A DNA stretch of 59,099 nucleotides, counting the filler, from Dimargaris cristalligena (Eukaryota): NCBI GenBank assembly GCA_003614675.1. It is 4 parts of 4 records of this genome, joined end to end, with 100 filler letters (N's around TTAATTAATTAA, not from the genome) between each part and the next. Parts side by side here need not be neighbours in the genome. Positions count along the whole stretch, not along the records: positions 1 to 14,730 come from ML002939.1; positions 14,831 to 29,528 come from ML002940.1; 2 more parts are not named here. One strand, written 5' to 3'. Position 1 is the stretch's first letter, and every line of letters starts with the position of its first letter. Below are positions 13,100 to 24,357 of the stretch, piece after piece. The position numbers and the translations under genes are program-made. The notes under the pieces were generated by a model that worked only from the letters and a program-made list of their open reading frames with translations, did not search any database and was not told where the DNA came from.

Positions 13100-13287
13100 T
13101 CCACTAATAGGAATAACTATATATTATAAAGGAAAAAATTATATGGAAAGAATGTGTTAAAAGGGAAGGGATAAAAACTAGATTATACTAGATAAAAAAG
13201 CTACTTCATACCTTATATATAAATATAATAATCAAATAATAATAGTTTATACCTGTGGCAATCAGGGGATGCTCTACCTTGCCACAA
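13100..13287 (-). repeat. Repeat family B copy 1
   Basis: Reverse complement starts TGTGGCAAGGTAGAGCATCCCCTGATTGCCACAGGTATAAAC and aligns to copies at 13434 and 14591. Confidence 0.8.
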
Positions 13288-13433
13288 CAGTAGCTGCCAA
13301 GACTATGGGCTGGATGTCAGAAGATCCAAAGCTGGAAGAGCTGTGTTCTGCCTTATCCAGGGTGGCAGTCTCCATTAATAGGGGGGATTTATAGTATTAA
13401 AAGAAAAGCTAGGTAATAGGGTCCCCAGGGTGG

Positions 13434-13637
13434 TGTGGTAAGGTGGAGTGTCCCCTTAATTGCCACAGGTACAAACTATTATTATTTAATTATTATATTC
13501 ATATATAAGGTATGAAGTAGCTTTTCTTTCTGGTATAACTAGTTTTTTCTCTTCACCTTTAACCTATTCTTTCCATATGAATTTTCCCTTTGATTTTTAT
13601 ATATTCCTATTAGTTAATCTTATTGGAATAACCGCAA
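13434..13637 (+). repeat. Repeat family B copy 2 (TG...CA bounded, about 204 bp)
   Basis: TGTGGTAAGGTGGAGTGTCCCCTTAATTGCCACAGG...AATAACCGCA. Confidence 0.75.
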
Positions 13638-14033
13638 GTTCTCTCATAGATGATAATCTGAGATTGATAATAAAGCTTAAGTCAAAATTAGATAAAAGTA
13701 GAAAAGAACTGCAAGGAGATGATTAAGCTCTCCAAGATAGTTTTATTAGGGAGAATCTGACCAATAGGAGGCCAGTAAGAATATGCCATATTGGGAAGAA
13801 TATTCCACACTTGGGATAAAATGGTTTTCTAACATTCCCCTCAGTGAGTTTTGAGTGTCATCATATTGAGCTTAACACAGTGGGAGAAGGAGAAGGAGGA
13901 GAGCGGTTTGGTCAGGATGTCCGCTCTTTACTCTTCACTCTTTACTTGCTTCAGAATTATATTTTCTTTTCAAATATGGTCCCATATGAAATGGAGTCTG
14001 ATGTCCATGTTTAGTTTGATTATGATTCATTGG
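13638..14033 (-). mobile_element. Ty1/Copia RNase H C-terminus, PPT and 3' LTR relic
   Basis: Minus-strand TKH/MDIRLHFIWDHI*KENIILKQVKSEE*RADILTKPL; TGAGGGGAA followed by TGTTAGAAAA near 13834. Confidence 0.8.
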
Positions 14034-14566
14034 TGTCGCCCCTCCTAATCTGTCCTAATCCAACTGCTATGATCACCATCATAGCAGGCCGTATAGCACC
14101 ATATTGTACCCCCGGCCCTAACAAGGCCAGACATCACTGATATCTCCTTACTGGCCGGACCTCCCCGGGTTCGCACTAATCACTCCTAGGTGATCCTAGT
14201 GCCTTCCAATTCCCATGGAAGTCCCGCTCATCCGAGGACCAGCCGGTCCTCCTTATTGTTATCCTCTTAAGTAGTCCCTGGCGTATATATAACTGGGCCC
14301 CTCTTGGGACCAGTTAGCAGCTCAGCTTATTCTGACCCCCCATAGTTTACCCAATAAACTCTATATATGCTCACCCCCCGGTACTGGCCAGTAAGTGTGC
14401 ATTGGTGCACATCCCCTACTTACATAGTACACTTACTTTATTTAGTTAGTATTAGCCATTGTACCTAATACTAGTAGCCCACTTGGCCATGTCCAACACC
14501 CCGCTTACCGTTAGAAGCCTACCCCTGAGACTCTTGATGGACTAAGAGTGGTTAACCTGGGTGACA
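14034..14566 (+). repeat. LTR family A copy 2 (solo LTR, least mutated)
   Basis: TGTCGCCCCTCCTAATCT...GGTTAACCTGGGTGACA; TG/CA termini; flanks TTGG/CTGG may be a mutated 4-bp TSD. Confidence 0.85.
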
Positions 14567-14590
14567 CTGGTGGAGGACCATATCAAACGG

Positions 14591-14730
14591 TGTGGCAAGG
14601 TGGAGTGTCCCCTTGATTGCCACAGCTACAAATTATTACTATTTGACTATTATATTTATATACAAGGTATGAAGCGGCTTTTTTGTCTAGTATATCCAGT
14701 TTTTTTCCCTTCCCTTTTAACCCATTCTTT
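14591..14730 (+). repeat. Repeat family B copy 3, truncated by contig end
   Basis: TGTGGCAAGGTGGAGTGTCCCCTTGATTGCCACAGCTACAAA... Confidence 0.8.
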
Positions 14731-14830
14731 NNNNNNNNNNNNNNNNNNNNNNNNNNNNNNNNNNNNNNNNNNNNTTAATTAATTAANNNNNNNNNNNNNN
14801 NNNNNNNNNNNNNNNNNNNNNNNNNNNNNN
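14731..14830. other. Artificial contig spacer
   Basis: N run containing TTAATTAATTAA (stops in six frames). Confidence 0.98.
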
Positions 14831-15531
14831 GAGGCAATCAATGAAATGGTGTGTTCTACTCGAGGTGGGGGGGGGGGGGGGGGGGGGTTGGGATGAATGA
14901 TCTGCTCGTTCTAACGTGACGGGTGAACTTAGTTTGAACTTTGACTAATTCAGAGGGTTCCGATTTAGGACGGGCGAGATACTGAAGTTGGATGTCCACT
15001 CCTCCTATCTTTATGTGCCCTTAGCTTAAGACCCCGGCTTGTTTAGGAAATTAAATAAAGTTTAATGTAAAAATCTTGAAACCAGCTCAGATAGTATTAA
15101 TACTGCGTTATAGGGCAGTGGGTCAGGGTTGAAACACACTTTCGAAGGGGTAGAGGGTTAACGGTCAATATTAGTGAGGGGAGGGGGATTTCAGCCGTTA
15201 TTCCACAGTCCCTACAAGAACTGGGGCTCTATGGCTCGAAACCATTTTAATATTTCTCTTCTACTACTACCGAGCTGCCTCCACAAGACCCACACGATGC
15301 AGCAAGCCGTGCGGCCACATAGTGTCAGCTGGTCTAGTTCAATCGCGGTATCTTGGAGGACCGGGTGCTAAGCCAAAAGGGCCCTTGGGCCGTGGTAGAC
15401 TCAATCCGGTAAGTGCCCGCATTCCACTGAAACCATTTTACCTTGCTTAACTTACTGCCAATCACATAATACTTACCCAGTCTCTTTTAATTGCGCATTG
15501 GCTTAGTTTTGTCTGTTTGCCTGGCCCACCC

Positions 15532-17990
15532 ATGCCTAAACGGTGGTACTCCCTGCACCTGGAACTCTTTTCGGTTCAACCGACCTCGTCCTCCGCCACA
15601 GGCCGTCTTGGACAGTGGCAAATCCGACTCCAACAGCTCAGCGCCTGGTTCCTAGAACCGCCTTCGGGAGCTGCCTCACCTCCACCCAGCTTCGCGTCTC
15701 TATTAGCAGGCGAACCCCACCCCTTCGCTGGACCCCATGGCCGCCGGGTTGGCCCAATTCACCTGGATTTACTACAGCCTACTATGTCTAACCACCCCAG
15801 AAGCGCCACACCAGTTCCGGCCGACACGGTCCTCCGCGGTCGGTTTGTAGCCAACAACCTGGAAATCGACTCCGCCGACTACCCCTGGGGAGTGGTGCAC
15901 CTCTATCGCGATTCCGAGCCTCCTCAGACGACCCAGACGGTGGCTGCCAGTCCGCAGCCGGGCACGTTATTGGCCATTCTAGCGGTCCCCACCTATATGT
16001 CCGCTGCAGACGTCCTGTCGTTTCTGGGCGGCTACCGGGAAGCCATTCTTCACATTCGGACCATCCGGGACCAGCACCCCAACCGCTATCTGGCATTACT
16101 TCAGTTTCAGACGCCCTCGGACGCTGACCACTTTTACACAACGTACAGCGGTCGGGCGTTTAGCTCGCTTGAGCCCGAAAAATGCCACGTGGTGTACGTT
16201 AACGAAGTCCTCGTCCAACCGTCGGCCGTACCCGATCATGCTCTGCCTCTGTTCTTGGACGCCACTGGCGTTCCGGCCGATTCAGCGGAAGCCAGGGGCA
16301 GTGATGAGTCCACCGCTCCTGTGGTACCTGCCCGGCTCTTGGAATTGCCCACGTGTCCGGTTTGCCTAGAGAGCCTGGATTCATCAGCCACGGGGCTTAT
16401 GACCATCCTATGCCAGCACACCTTCCATTGCCAATGCCTATTCCGATGGGGGGATGGCAGCTGTCCAGTCTGCCGGTACAGTGCCAATCGACGCCGGACG
16501 GGGTCCACCGAAACCACCCCTAATGTCAGGAGGAGCAGTAACCGTTTACCTGTGGACCCTGTTCCTTCACCGGTCCTACAGGGGGCGGGCGGCGGGGCTG
16601 AACCGGAGGGCACCGAATCTACTACCCCGTTGCCTGAGGCTCTGCCAACCCATTTATCGGGATCCAGCGACGATGATTTGGAAACCCAGTGCGCTCACTG
16701 CGGGGCCAGGGATCATTTATGGATCTGCCTTATTTGCGCGCATATCGGGTGCGGCCGTTATCAGGCCGGCCATGCCCACCAACATTTCGAAGCCACTGGA
16801 CATCTATACTCGCTGGAGCTGGAGAGTCAGCGAGTCTGGGATTACGCCAATGAGGGGTAAGTTATCCTCTTCCCCCTCCTCCTTTGATCTATTATATTAT
16901 ATCGTGAATGACGCGTCCCTTCAAGTAATTGTATGCCTTCCCTTTGTGCAAATACTAATATTGCGGGATCTAATTGGACCTAGCCATTCTAATACACCTT
17001 ATCTTCACTTTAACCGCTTAGATACGTACATCGACTCATTCAAAATCGGGCCGATGGCAAACTGGTTGAGCTACCAGAACCGAATTCGCCAAGTCCTAGT
17101 GGGACCGTTGGTCTGGAGGTAAGGGTTGGTCTTGGATGCCCCGGTTATCTAGCTGGTATTGCACCTCATTGAAATTCGGACACTAATAATGCCTATGTAA
17201 TTAATGTATTATCCTTCGGGAAGCAATCTCTGTCAACAGGAAAAAGTCCAGTCCCTCAATACTGAATTCGCAGGATTACTCGACTCCCAGTTGGAGTCCC
17301 AGCGGCAATTTTACGAGTCCCAAATCGACAATCTGGCCCGGGACTGGTATCACACCGTAGAGGAGCTACGAGCCACTCGCCGTGAGCGCAGCCAGTGGAT
17401 GAAAAAATACCAAGAAGCCCAGCAAACTAACCAAAGCACCCGTACGCATCTCCTAGAGTTAGAAACGACCAAACATAGATTTGACAAGCGCGTGGACAAA
17501 TTGTCCGCCCAGGTGGCCAAGCTGGAGCAGCGCTGGACCGAAGAAGCCGAGGTAAGGATTTTCGACATGGCCTAGCCCCTCCCCGGCGGTTGCGTGCAAG
17601 GGTGTGTACCATCCCCACTGGGGTATTTTTCCACCGCGTTTACCGTTTAGAAAGATGGTGGAACCCACCGCTTAATGAACCACGCCTTATGTAGATATAA
17701 CCGCTGAACCTATGAATACATGTATCACTCGTTTTGGGACCCGATAGCTAAACAAGGCTCTGTCGGCCAACCAATCGACCCTCAAAGGGGAACTAGCGGC
17801 CAAGGACCAGACCATTGCGGAACTACAGGAACAAGTGCAAGACCTCATGGCCTATCTGAGCATGCAGCAAAAAGTGGCCAGCGACACCTCCCTACAAGGG
17901 GCCGACGTGGTGGGGGTGTCGACTCGTCCGTCACCGGCCTCATCGGCAGCGGCCCGCGCCACCCCCACTAAAGGCCGCAAAAAGAAATGA
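15532..17990 (+). CDS. BRAP: BRAP2/ETP1-family RING-H2 + ZnF-UBP E3 ligase; exons 15532-16856, 17022-17118, 17240-17551, 17748-17990
   Basis: BRAP2 domain LAILAVPTYMS...PNRYLALLQF...FSSLEPEKCHVVYV; RING ELPTCPVCLE...CQHTFHCQCL...CPVCRY; ZnF-UBP LWICLICAHIGCGRYQAGHA...VWDYANEGYVHRLIQN; coiled-coil LDSQLESQRQFYE. Confidence 0.95.
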
Positions 17991-19254
17991 CCTAGGGTTA
18001 TCAGTGCCTGGGATAACAAAGCGGACTGGGGTGGTATATCACCACTACCCCCTGATTCACGAATATACGAGCCGGAAGTTCGGTCCAACTAGAGCGATAT
18101 AACCATTCATTTTTAAACAAGATTGCCCCTCTTTGGTAAGGTTGCGCGACTCTTGGTAGTAATAAAGGTACCCTACGTTTCTTTTCATTTACACCATCGC
18201 CCTAATTTATGGCTGGCCCGATGAATTTCTTTTGATGGGGTATTTTTACATTATTATTATTAATCTAGCGGGTAGTGGCAGGCTACAACGCTGGTCAGTC
18301 CATGACCCTCCCCCGTTTTCGCCCATAGTATGTGTGAATATGGGCGAAGTTCAGCTCGGTTGTGTAAGGTTTTAACTGATATGCGTATGGGAAAATCGGC
18401 GGGATGTTTATTTTCAACCAGTAGTATTTGCCTCATCAAATGGATTTTTCGTTAAACAGCCTGGTTGAACTACTCCCATATCCTAGGGGGTGGTGATATT
18501 CTTAGCAAGAAGCGACTTTGCAGTTCTGGGCGGCAAATGGATGCATCGCCGTGATAAGTAAGGTGTTTTCTAGGGGCGGGGGGGATTAGGGGCAACATAG
18601 TGAGGGGGGTGCTGATGACGAAGCGCTCCCCATTCCCCCGACCGTCACCCATCACGTGGGACCTCTTGCTTCCGGTTGGTGCCGAACGGGGCTGGGTGGC
18701 TCCAGGGCCAATTATTGCCCCGGCCGGTGGGGGATTTTTCCCAAGCCAGGCTGGCCTGCTGTAGTTTACAGTATGGGGGGTATAGAACAGAGAGGCTGTC
18801 CTCCCCCAATTATTGGACAGCAATGGGAGGGAGGGTATTATATACAACCCCCCCTTTTAGCCTCTAATCTGCCTATTCTATTATATATATACTAGTGTAT
18901 ACTATTTTTACTCGTCGCCCATATGTGTATGCATATGGGGTTGGCTGCCCCGCACTAATTCTTGGCACCCTTGCGATTCCGTTGGATCACACTCGTCGTC
19001 ACCTCTTCTCTATCGTTTCTTTCTTTTCTTTACGCTTCTCTATTTTTGAATTCCTCTTTCTTGTCATCCATTAAACGAAAGCCTCCTTCCTGGGTAGCGT
19101 ACTTTTACCGATTCCCTTCGGATCTATTTAATTCTATTTGCCTACCGGCCTCTCCTACTTTTAGAGGGACTCCCTTCAGTTTCCGGGTTGGCTATATTCA
19201 CGACTGATCCCCCCAACTGCGACGCCGCTCGTCCTCCGCAGACCCTATACAGCT

Positions 19255-20727
19255 ATGGTTGGCGCGTTTAGTGCCTGGGCCCGGAGGCATAATATTGTGT
19301 CCATGTTTCCGGTCGCCCAGCGACACCTGGCCATCTCCCTCAAGCGCCTGGCCATCCTTAACCAGGCCCGCATGGGGCTGCAGCAGAAGAAGCGCGCCAT
19401 GGTACTCACCCCGCAGGCCCGCTCCCTGCACCTGGCTCCTCCCGTCGGCTCCCTGTCCTCCTCCGCCCGCTCGTGCGCCGCACCCTTCGCGTTCCCCGCC
19501 CTGGGCCAGTTTGCCCCCTCCCCGCTCTGTAGGGCCAGTTTGTTGGTCCAGGCCGTTGTGCGTATCGTGGTCCGCTTCTGGGTGGGCCGCCACCACCCCC
19601 GTCCGACCGGCCCCGGCCTACACCACTTCCGGGCCCAGTGGGCTCACCACCGCTCCTCCTACACCCAGCAGCACCACTGTTGGTTGGAGGGGGGCCGCCC
19701 CCGTTCCCCCTTTGCCTCGGCGTTCGCTTCCTTTGGCCAGTTCTCGGGCCGCCTCTCCCGCACTTTCTGCACCACAAGCTCCCGCTTCTTTACTCCCTCG
19801 GCCCTACCCTCGCTGGCGTCGGCCGCCCGGGCGGGTCCTGCCCATCGCGTAGCCGCCTTTAGCTGCAAAGCCAGTGAACTGGCCCTCTTACAGCGTCGAC
19901 TGGGCGAGGAAACCTCGGCCCGAGTCCCCGGTGGGGCGCTTCCGCGGCTAGGCCTTTTTCGCTCTCCTCGCCGGACACCCCAGGCTCCCCTCGGCCTCAC
20001 TCGCCCCTTTAACCCAACCGGGAACCGGCCCGCTCTATGGGGGGTCCGCTCTCTGACCACCCTGCTTCCCGCGCGGCCCCCGGCCCCCGAGATGCCACTA
20101 CCTGACCTAATCTATGGCTCCGCGCAATTCGAGCCCGTCATCGTGCAGCTCGAAATCTCCATCGTATCGGCTGAGCTGAGCCCGGTCTTCTCTCCCGAAG
20201 CGGACACCACGGCACCCGCTACGGTACTAGCTAAACTGCGCACCGCCCAGGCCCTTCAGGAGGCCCACCTTTGCACCGTTACGCGGATGGTGGAACAGCT
20301 CGCCGACACGCTACCCTGCTGTCAACTCACCACGCGGGACTCGTGCGTGGTGGTTAATTTTCCACCGGGGCTAGCCCGCCGTTACGTGGAGCGTATGCTG
20401 CGTTCGCTTGGCATCGATCCCTCTACACAGTCGTTTACTTGGCGCGAGTCCCCCTTGACCCCCGCCCCCTCCGGCATTCCGGAAACACAATGTCCCCGGT
20501 ACCCGAATCTGGATCTGGCCCTTTCGGTCTACTCGTCCACGGATAGCAGCAGCAGTGGTATTGAATCGTGGATGGACCAGACGGTGCCTACTCTCCTTCT
20601 CGAGCAGTTGGCCACACCGCCCACCGGTCCCGCCGAACCGACCCCGGTCGACGACTTTATGTTCCAGCTTGACCAGCTTGTCAGCGATCGCTATACGTTT
20701 GGACCGCGGTGCGCCCTATCCCACTAA
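19255..20727 (+). CDS. Hypothetical protein, 490 aa, intronless; Arg/Ala/Ser-rich N-half
   Basis: Long GC-rich ORF with coding-like codon usage and pyrimidine-rich leader; VVVNFPPG...VERMLRSLGI faintly recalls fungal Spg5-like proteins (unverified). Confidence 0.7.
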   Translation: MVGAFSAWARRHNIVSMFPVAQRHLAISLKRLAILNQARMGLQQKKRAMVLTPQARSLHLAPPVGSLSSSARSCAAPFAFPALGQFAPSPLCRASLLVQAVVRIVVRFWVGRHHPRPTGPGLHHFRAQWAHHRSSYTQQHHCWLEGGRPRSPFASAFASFGQFSGRLSRTFCTTSSRFFTPSALPSLASAARAGPAHRVAAFSCKASELALLQRRLGEETSARVPGGALPRLGLFRSPRRTPQAPLGLTRPFNPTGNRPALWGVRSLTTLLPARPPAPEMPLPDLIYGSAQFEPVIVQLEISIVSAELSPVFSPEADTTAPATVLAKLRTAQALQEAHLCTVTRMVEQLADTLPCCQLTTRDSCVVVNFPPGLARRYVERMLRSLGIDPSTQSFTWRESPLTPAPSGIPETQCPRYPNLDLALSVYSSTDSSSSGIESWMDQTVPTLLLEQLATPPTGPAEPTPVDDFMFQLDQLVSDRYTFGPRCALSH

Positions 20728-21922
20728 CTAGAATGATGGACACTTCCTTCCTCCTCCGCGGTTATTTATTTGCGCGACCTGGCCTACCCCGGCTGGTGCC
20801 CTGTACTTTAGCATCCGGTGCCCTTCTGGCCCTTGTTGTTTATCTTTCCTATATATCTATATAATGTTGGTGGGGTTTCATTTTGCCCATGGCCACCTCC
20901 CGCTTGGTTCCTTCTTTATTTTATATATTAGTTACTTTTTTTATATATTTTGTTCATCCCCACTTCCTTTGGCTCGGTTGAGTGACCTGGTCACCTGCGA
21001 GAGTCCTAATGACACCCCCTCTTTTGCCACGAAGCTCTTCTCTTAATGACCCTTGATTATATGACACAACAGCCCCTTCCTCCCCCTCTAACCAGTTTAT
21101 TTATTTTTGGGTTGAGGATATCCCCCTGGGACATCTTCCGCCTAGGTGAATAGAGTAAACCACTCCGTCCGTACACCAATAAACCGCCGTACACCATCTA
21201 TTATTGCTCCACCCGGCCGGAGTTGCCTGTATTATCCATTGATGAATCAATTAATTACTAGGAATGCGTCTTGGTACTGGGTTGATTAGTAGTACCAGTT
21301 ACCACCAGTACAGGGCACAGGTACAGCACCCCAAAGATATATAAGGTAAATGGCCGATTGCATTAGGCCCAACAGGGATGGCGGTAATTTTACCCGTAGG
21401 TCCGACAGACCGACGCGGCCTGGTTCCCCAAGGTACACCCTAACCCACCTACTACTACTAAGCAGGGACCTCTAACAAATCCCCAAATTGGGGGAACAAA
21501 TGGGGTGCGAAAACCAACGGACCAATCATGGCAGAGATAGCCTTCCCTCCTCTTCCACCCATTCCTAAGCCAAGTGTGTGTGAGTGAAAGTGAGAGTGAG
21601 AGTGTGCATGCGTGGTGGAGGCGCAGTGGTTCGTGAGGGCTATATAGATTTTCCAAGCTAGTGGGCGGCTTTATGTAGTGTTGTTGAGGCGGGGGGGGAA
21701 CCACCCTTTCTCCTCACCACTACCACTACCACTACTACTACTACCACCATTATTTTTGCTCTACGCATTGCCTCTCCTTGACCCCGCGAACCTCCGTTTG
21801 CTTGGTCTAGTATTAGTCGATTCCGATAACCACCACCATCGGTAACTCTCTTTCTCCAGTGCTTCACCTTCGCCCAGTCCCGGGCTATACGGCCATCTCC
21901 CCATTGACTGCATTACCCCGTC

Positions 21923-23017
21923 ATGACCAAGCCCATTAAGCGCCGGAAATCCCGGCACGCCCAGTCGCCCATCAAGAAAATCATCACCAACACCCGTGAT
22001 AGTAAGTGACCCCCCCCCCCATCCTAATGCCACGATAGTTGCGCCCGCGCCAACCCCAACACCGCGTCTGCTGACCATTGGCACTAATACTACTATATCT
22101 ACTGCCATCCCCGCCCCCCATAAAATAGGCCCGGCCCGCCTCAGTACCGACCCTGCCTCACCCCTTTCCCCCAGCCCCCAGAGCCCCCGGTTTCCCGACT
22201 CAGCTTCCCATGACCCCCGCGACGAACAGCAAGGCGACCTATCGTTCTACCAGGTTCCGCTCACCGTACTGTACTACTTTTCCAGTTTTGTACGCCAGCG
22301 CACGGTGGGGGCCCTCCGGGCATTTCTGGCCCGCCGGGACTGGGTCGGGTCGACACTGGGACTTGCCGCCTTTTTGACTCTAATCCATACCTGGCAGGGC
22401 CCCCACTCCGAGGCCCTGGCCCAGGTGGACGGCCTCATCATGTGGTACAGCTACTGGGTTCTACTGGGCATTGCCTCGTCCATTGGACTAGGCGCCGGTC
22501 TCCATACCTTCGTGCTCTTCCTTGGCCCCCATATTGTTGAAGTAACCCTAACCGCCTACCGGTGTGGGCACCTCCAATTCGACGATCGAGGTCCTGCTGC
22601 GTAAGTTAATTTATATGAACCAGCCTTCTTGGTGGGTGTTGACTAACCCGAATAATCGCACTGGCCTATTCTGCGCGCTTTTTCTCCGCATTGGACTTTG
22701 AATACCTACTTACTTCCTCTAACTTAACTGCCTTTGGACCTACTATGGATTGGATTTTTGCGCTACCGAGCAGATTCGTCTGCCGGGATAGCTCGTCGGT
22801 ACCGATAACCACCGGCAGCATTCTTCACAAGGTCCTGTGGGCAAGCCTATGCTGGGGTGCTGGTACTGCAATTGGCGAGCTGCCTCCCTACTTTATGGCC
22901 CGAGCTGGTAAGCGCCCCTTTCTTTTTTATAGATATCCTGTATTAGATCATCCTACTCAGCCAATCCACCTGATAAAATTACACTACATCCGATCTTCAT
23001 GATGGTCTAATACCTGA

Positions 23018-23050
<33 letters not shown>

Positions 23051-23716
23051 CCCCTCCCCTAAACTACCCATTTGGTGGTTTTTATTATAACCCCCGCTCG
23101 ACCATTATTAGCTGCCTTATCGGGCCGCAAGAACCCCGAGTTGGATGCCCTCAATTCACTCCAAGACGATCCTCAACGCCCTCTGTCCCTCAAAATGCGA
23201 GGCTTATTAGCCGTCTACAAAATGCTACAACGCCTAGGCTTCATCGGCATCTTCCTCTTTGCATCGATTCCCAATCCCTTGTTTGACTTGGCCGGAATTA
23301 CCTGCGGCCACTTCCTGGTGCCGTTCCACACGTTCTTCACCGCCACCTTTCTGGGCAAATCCGTGGTGAAAAGCACTATTCAAACCGTGACGGTGATTTT
23401 GATCTTTTCCCAAGATAGCCTTGACCGCCTTTTGCAGTTGGTTGAACACTACTCGCCAATCCTTCGCCAAACTATTGAACGGGTTATCCAGAACCAAATC
23501 CTGGCCCTACAGGGCCAGGCCATGCCCGATGCCGCCGGCGGCACCAACCTGGTGTCCGTCGCCTGGAATGGGTTTATCGTCCTCACCCTACTCTACTTTG
23601 TAATCTCCATCATGGAGTCCTGTGCCACGACGGCCCTAGAGGAGGAGATTGCCGCCCGGGATCCCCCTTCCTCGTCGCCCATGGTCACAGCCGCTTCCAA
23701 GAATAGGGATTCCTAG
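21923..23716 (+). CDS. VMP1: Vacuole membrane protein 1 (DedA/VTT scramblase, autophagy); exons 21923-22001, 22129-22600, 22774-22907, 23112-23716
   Basis: YWVLLGIASSIGLGAGLHTFVLFLGPHI, WGAGTAIGELPPYFMARAA, FASIPNPLFDLAGITCGHFLVPFHTFFTATFLGK. Confidence 0.95.
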
Positions 23717-24357
23717 GCCCACCTTGGTATTTGACCCTATTCGGGCTTGTCTAGGGTGAGGCTTATCAATCTCTCCTTTTCCCCGCTATGCTGCCCTGCA
23801 CATTGTATATCTATACACCGATGTATGTGTAAATGCAAGGATATCTCACCCTCTATTTTGTTCATTTTTAAAGCGTATATCTCGATTTATGGCATTTTTA
23901 ATTTCTATTCTATTAAACTCTTCGTATATACAAACTAATTAATAGCACAATGCGCCATGCCGCAGCTCAGTGTTTTTATTTGAATCTGGTGGATACAGCA
24001 ACAGGAAATGTGTGGCATTAATAGCAGGAAGTACACTAACTAAATCACCTGATGAGCTAACTTGGCCAAGATGGCAACACCACCACCACACACACACGCT
24101 ACACTGATTCATAATAATAATGATATATATATATTCTATTTACTTTTATGGGCCAACAGGAACCAAGACCACCAACAAGCCCACTGGATAAGTGGAAAGT
24201 GACTAGACAGTCGGAAGTGTTTATTCTTCCCGGGTAGCATGAAAATGAAGTCCGCCTGCTTTCTCCTTCCTTGTTAACCCCTCCTTATTCCTATTTCGCA
24301 TTCTAATATCCACCGCATTCCCCTTTCACCCCACACTCCTCCTTCCTTATCCCTACC

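Noticed and set aside
22010-22020. Poly-C run as a frameshift in VMP1
   Set aside because: Falls within the intron 22002-22128 (GTAAGT...CTAAT...TAG), which restores the frame
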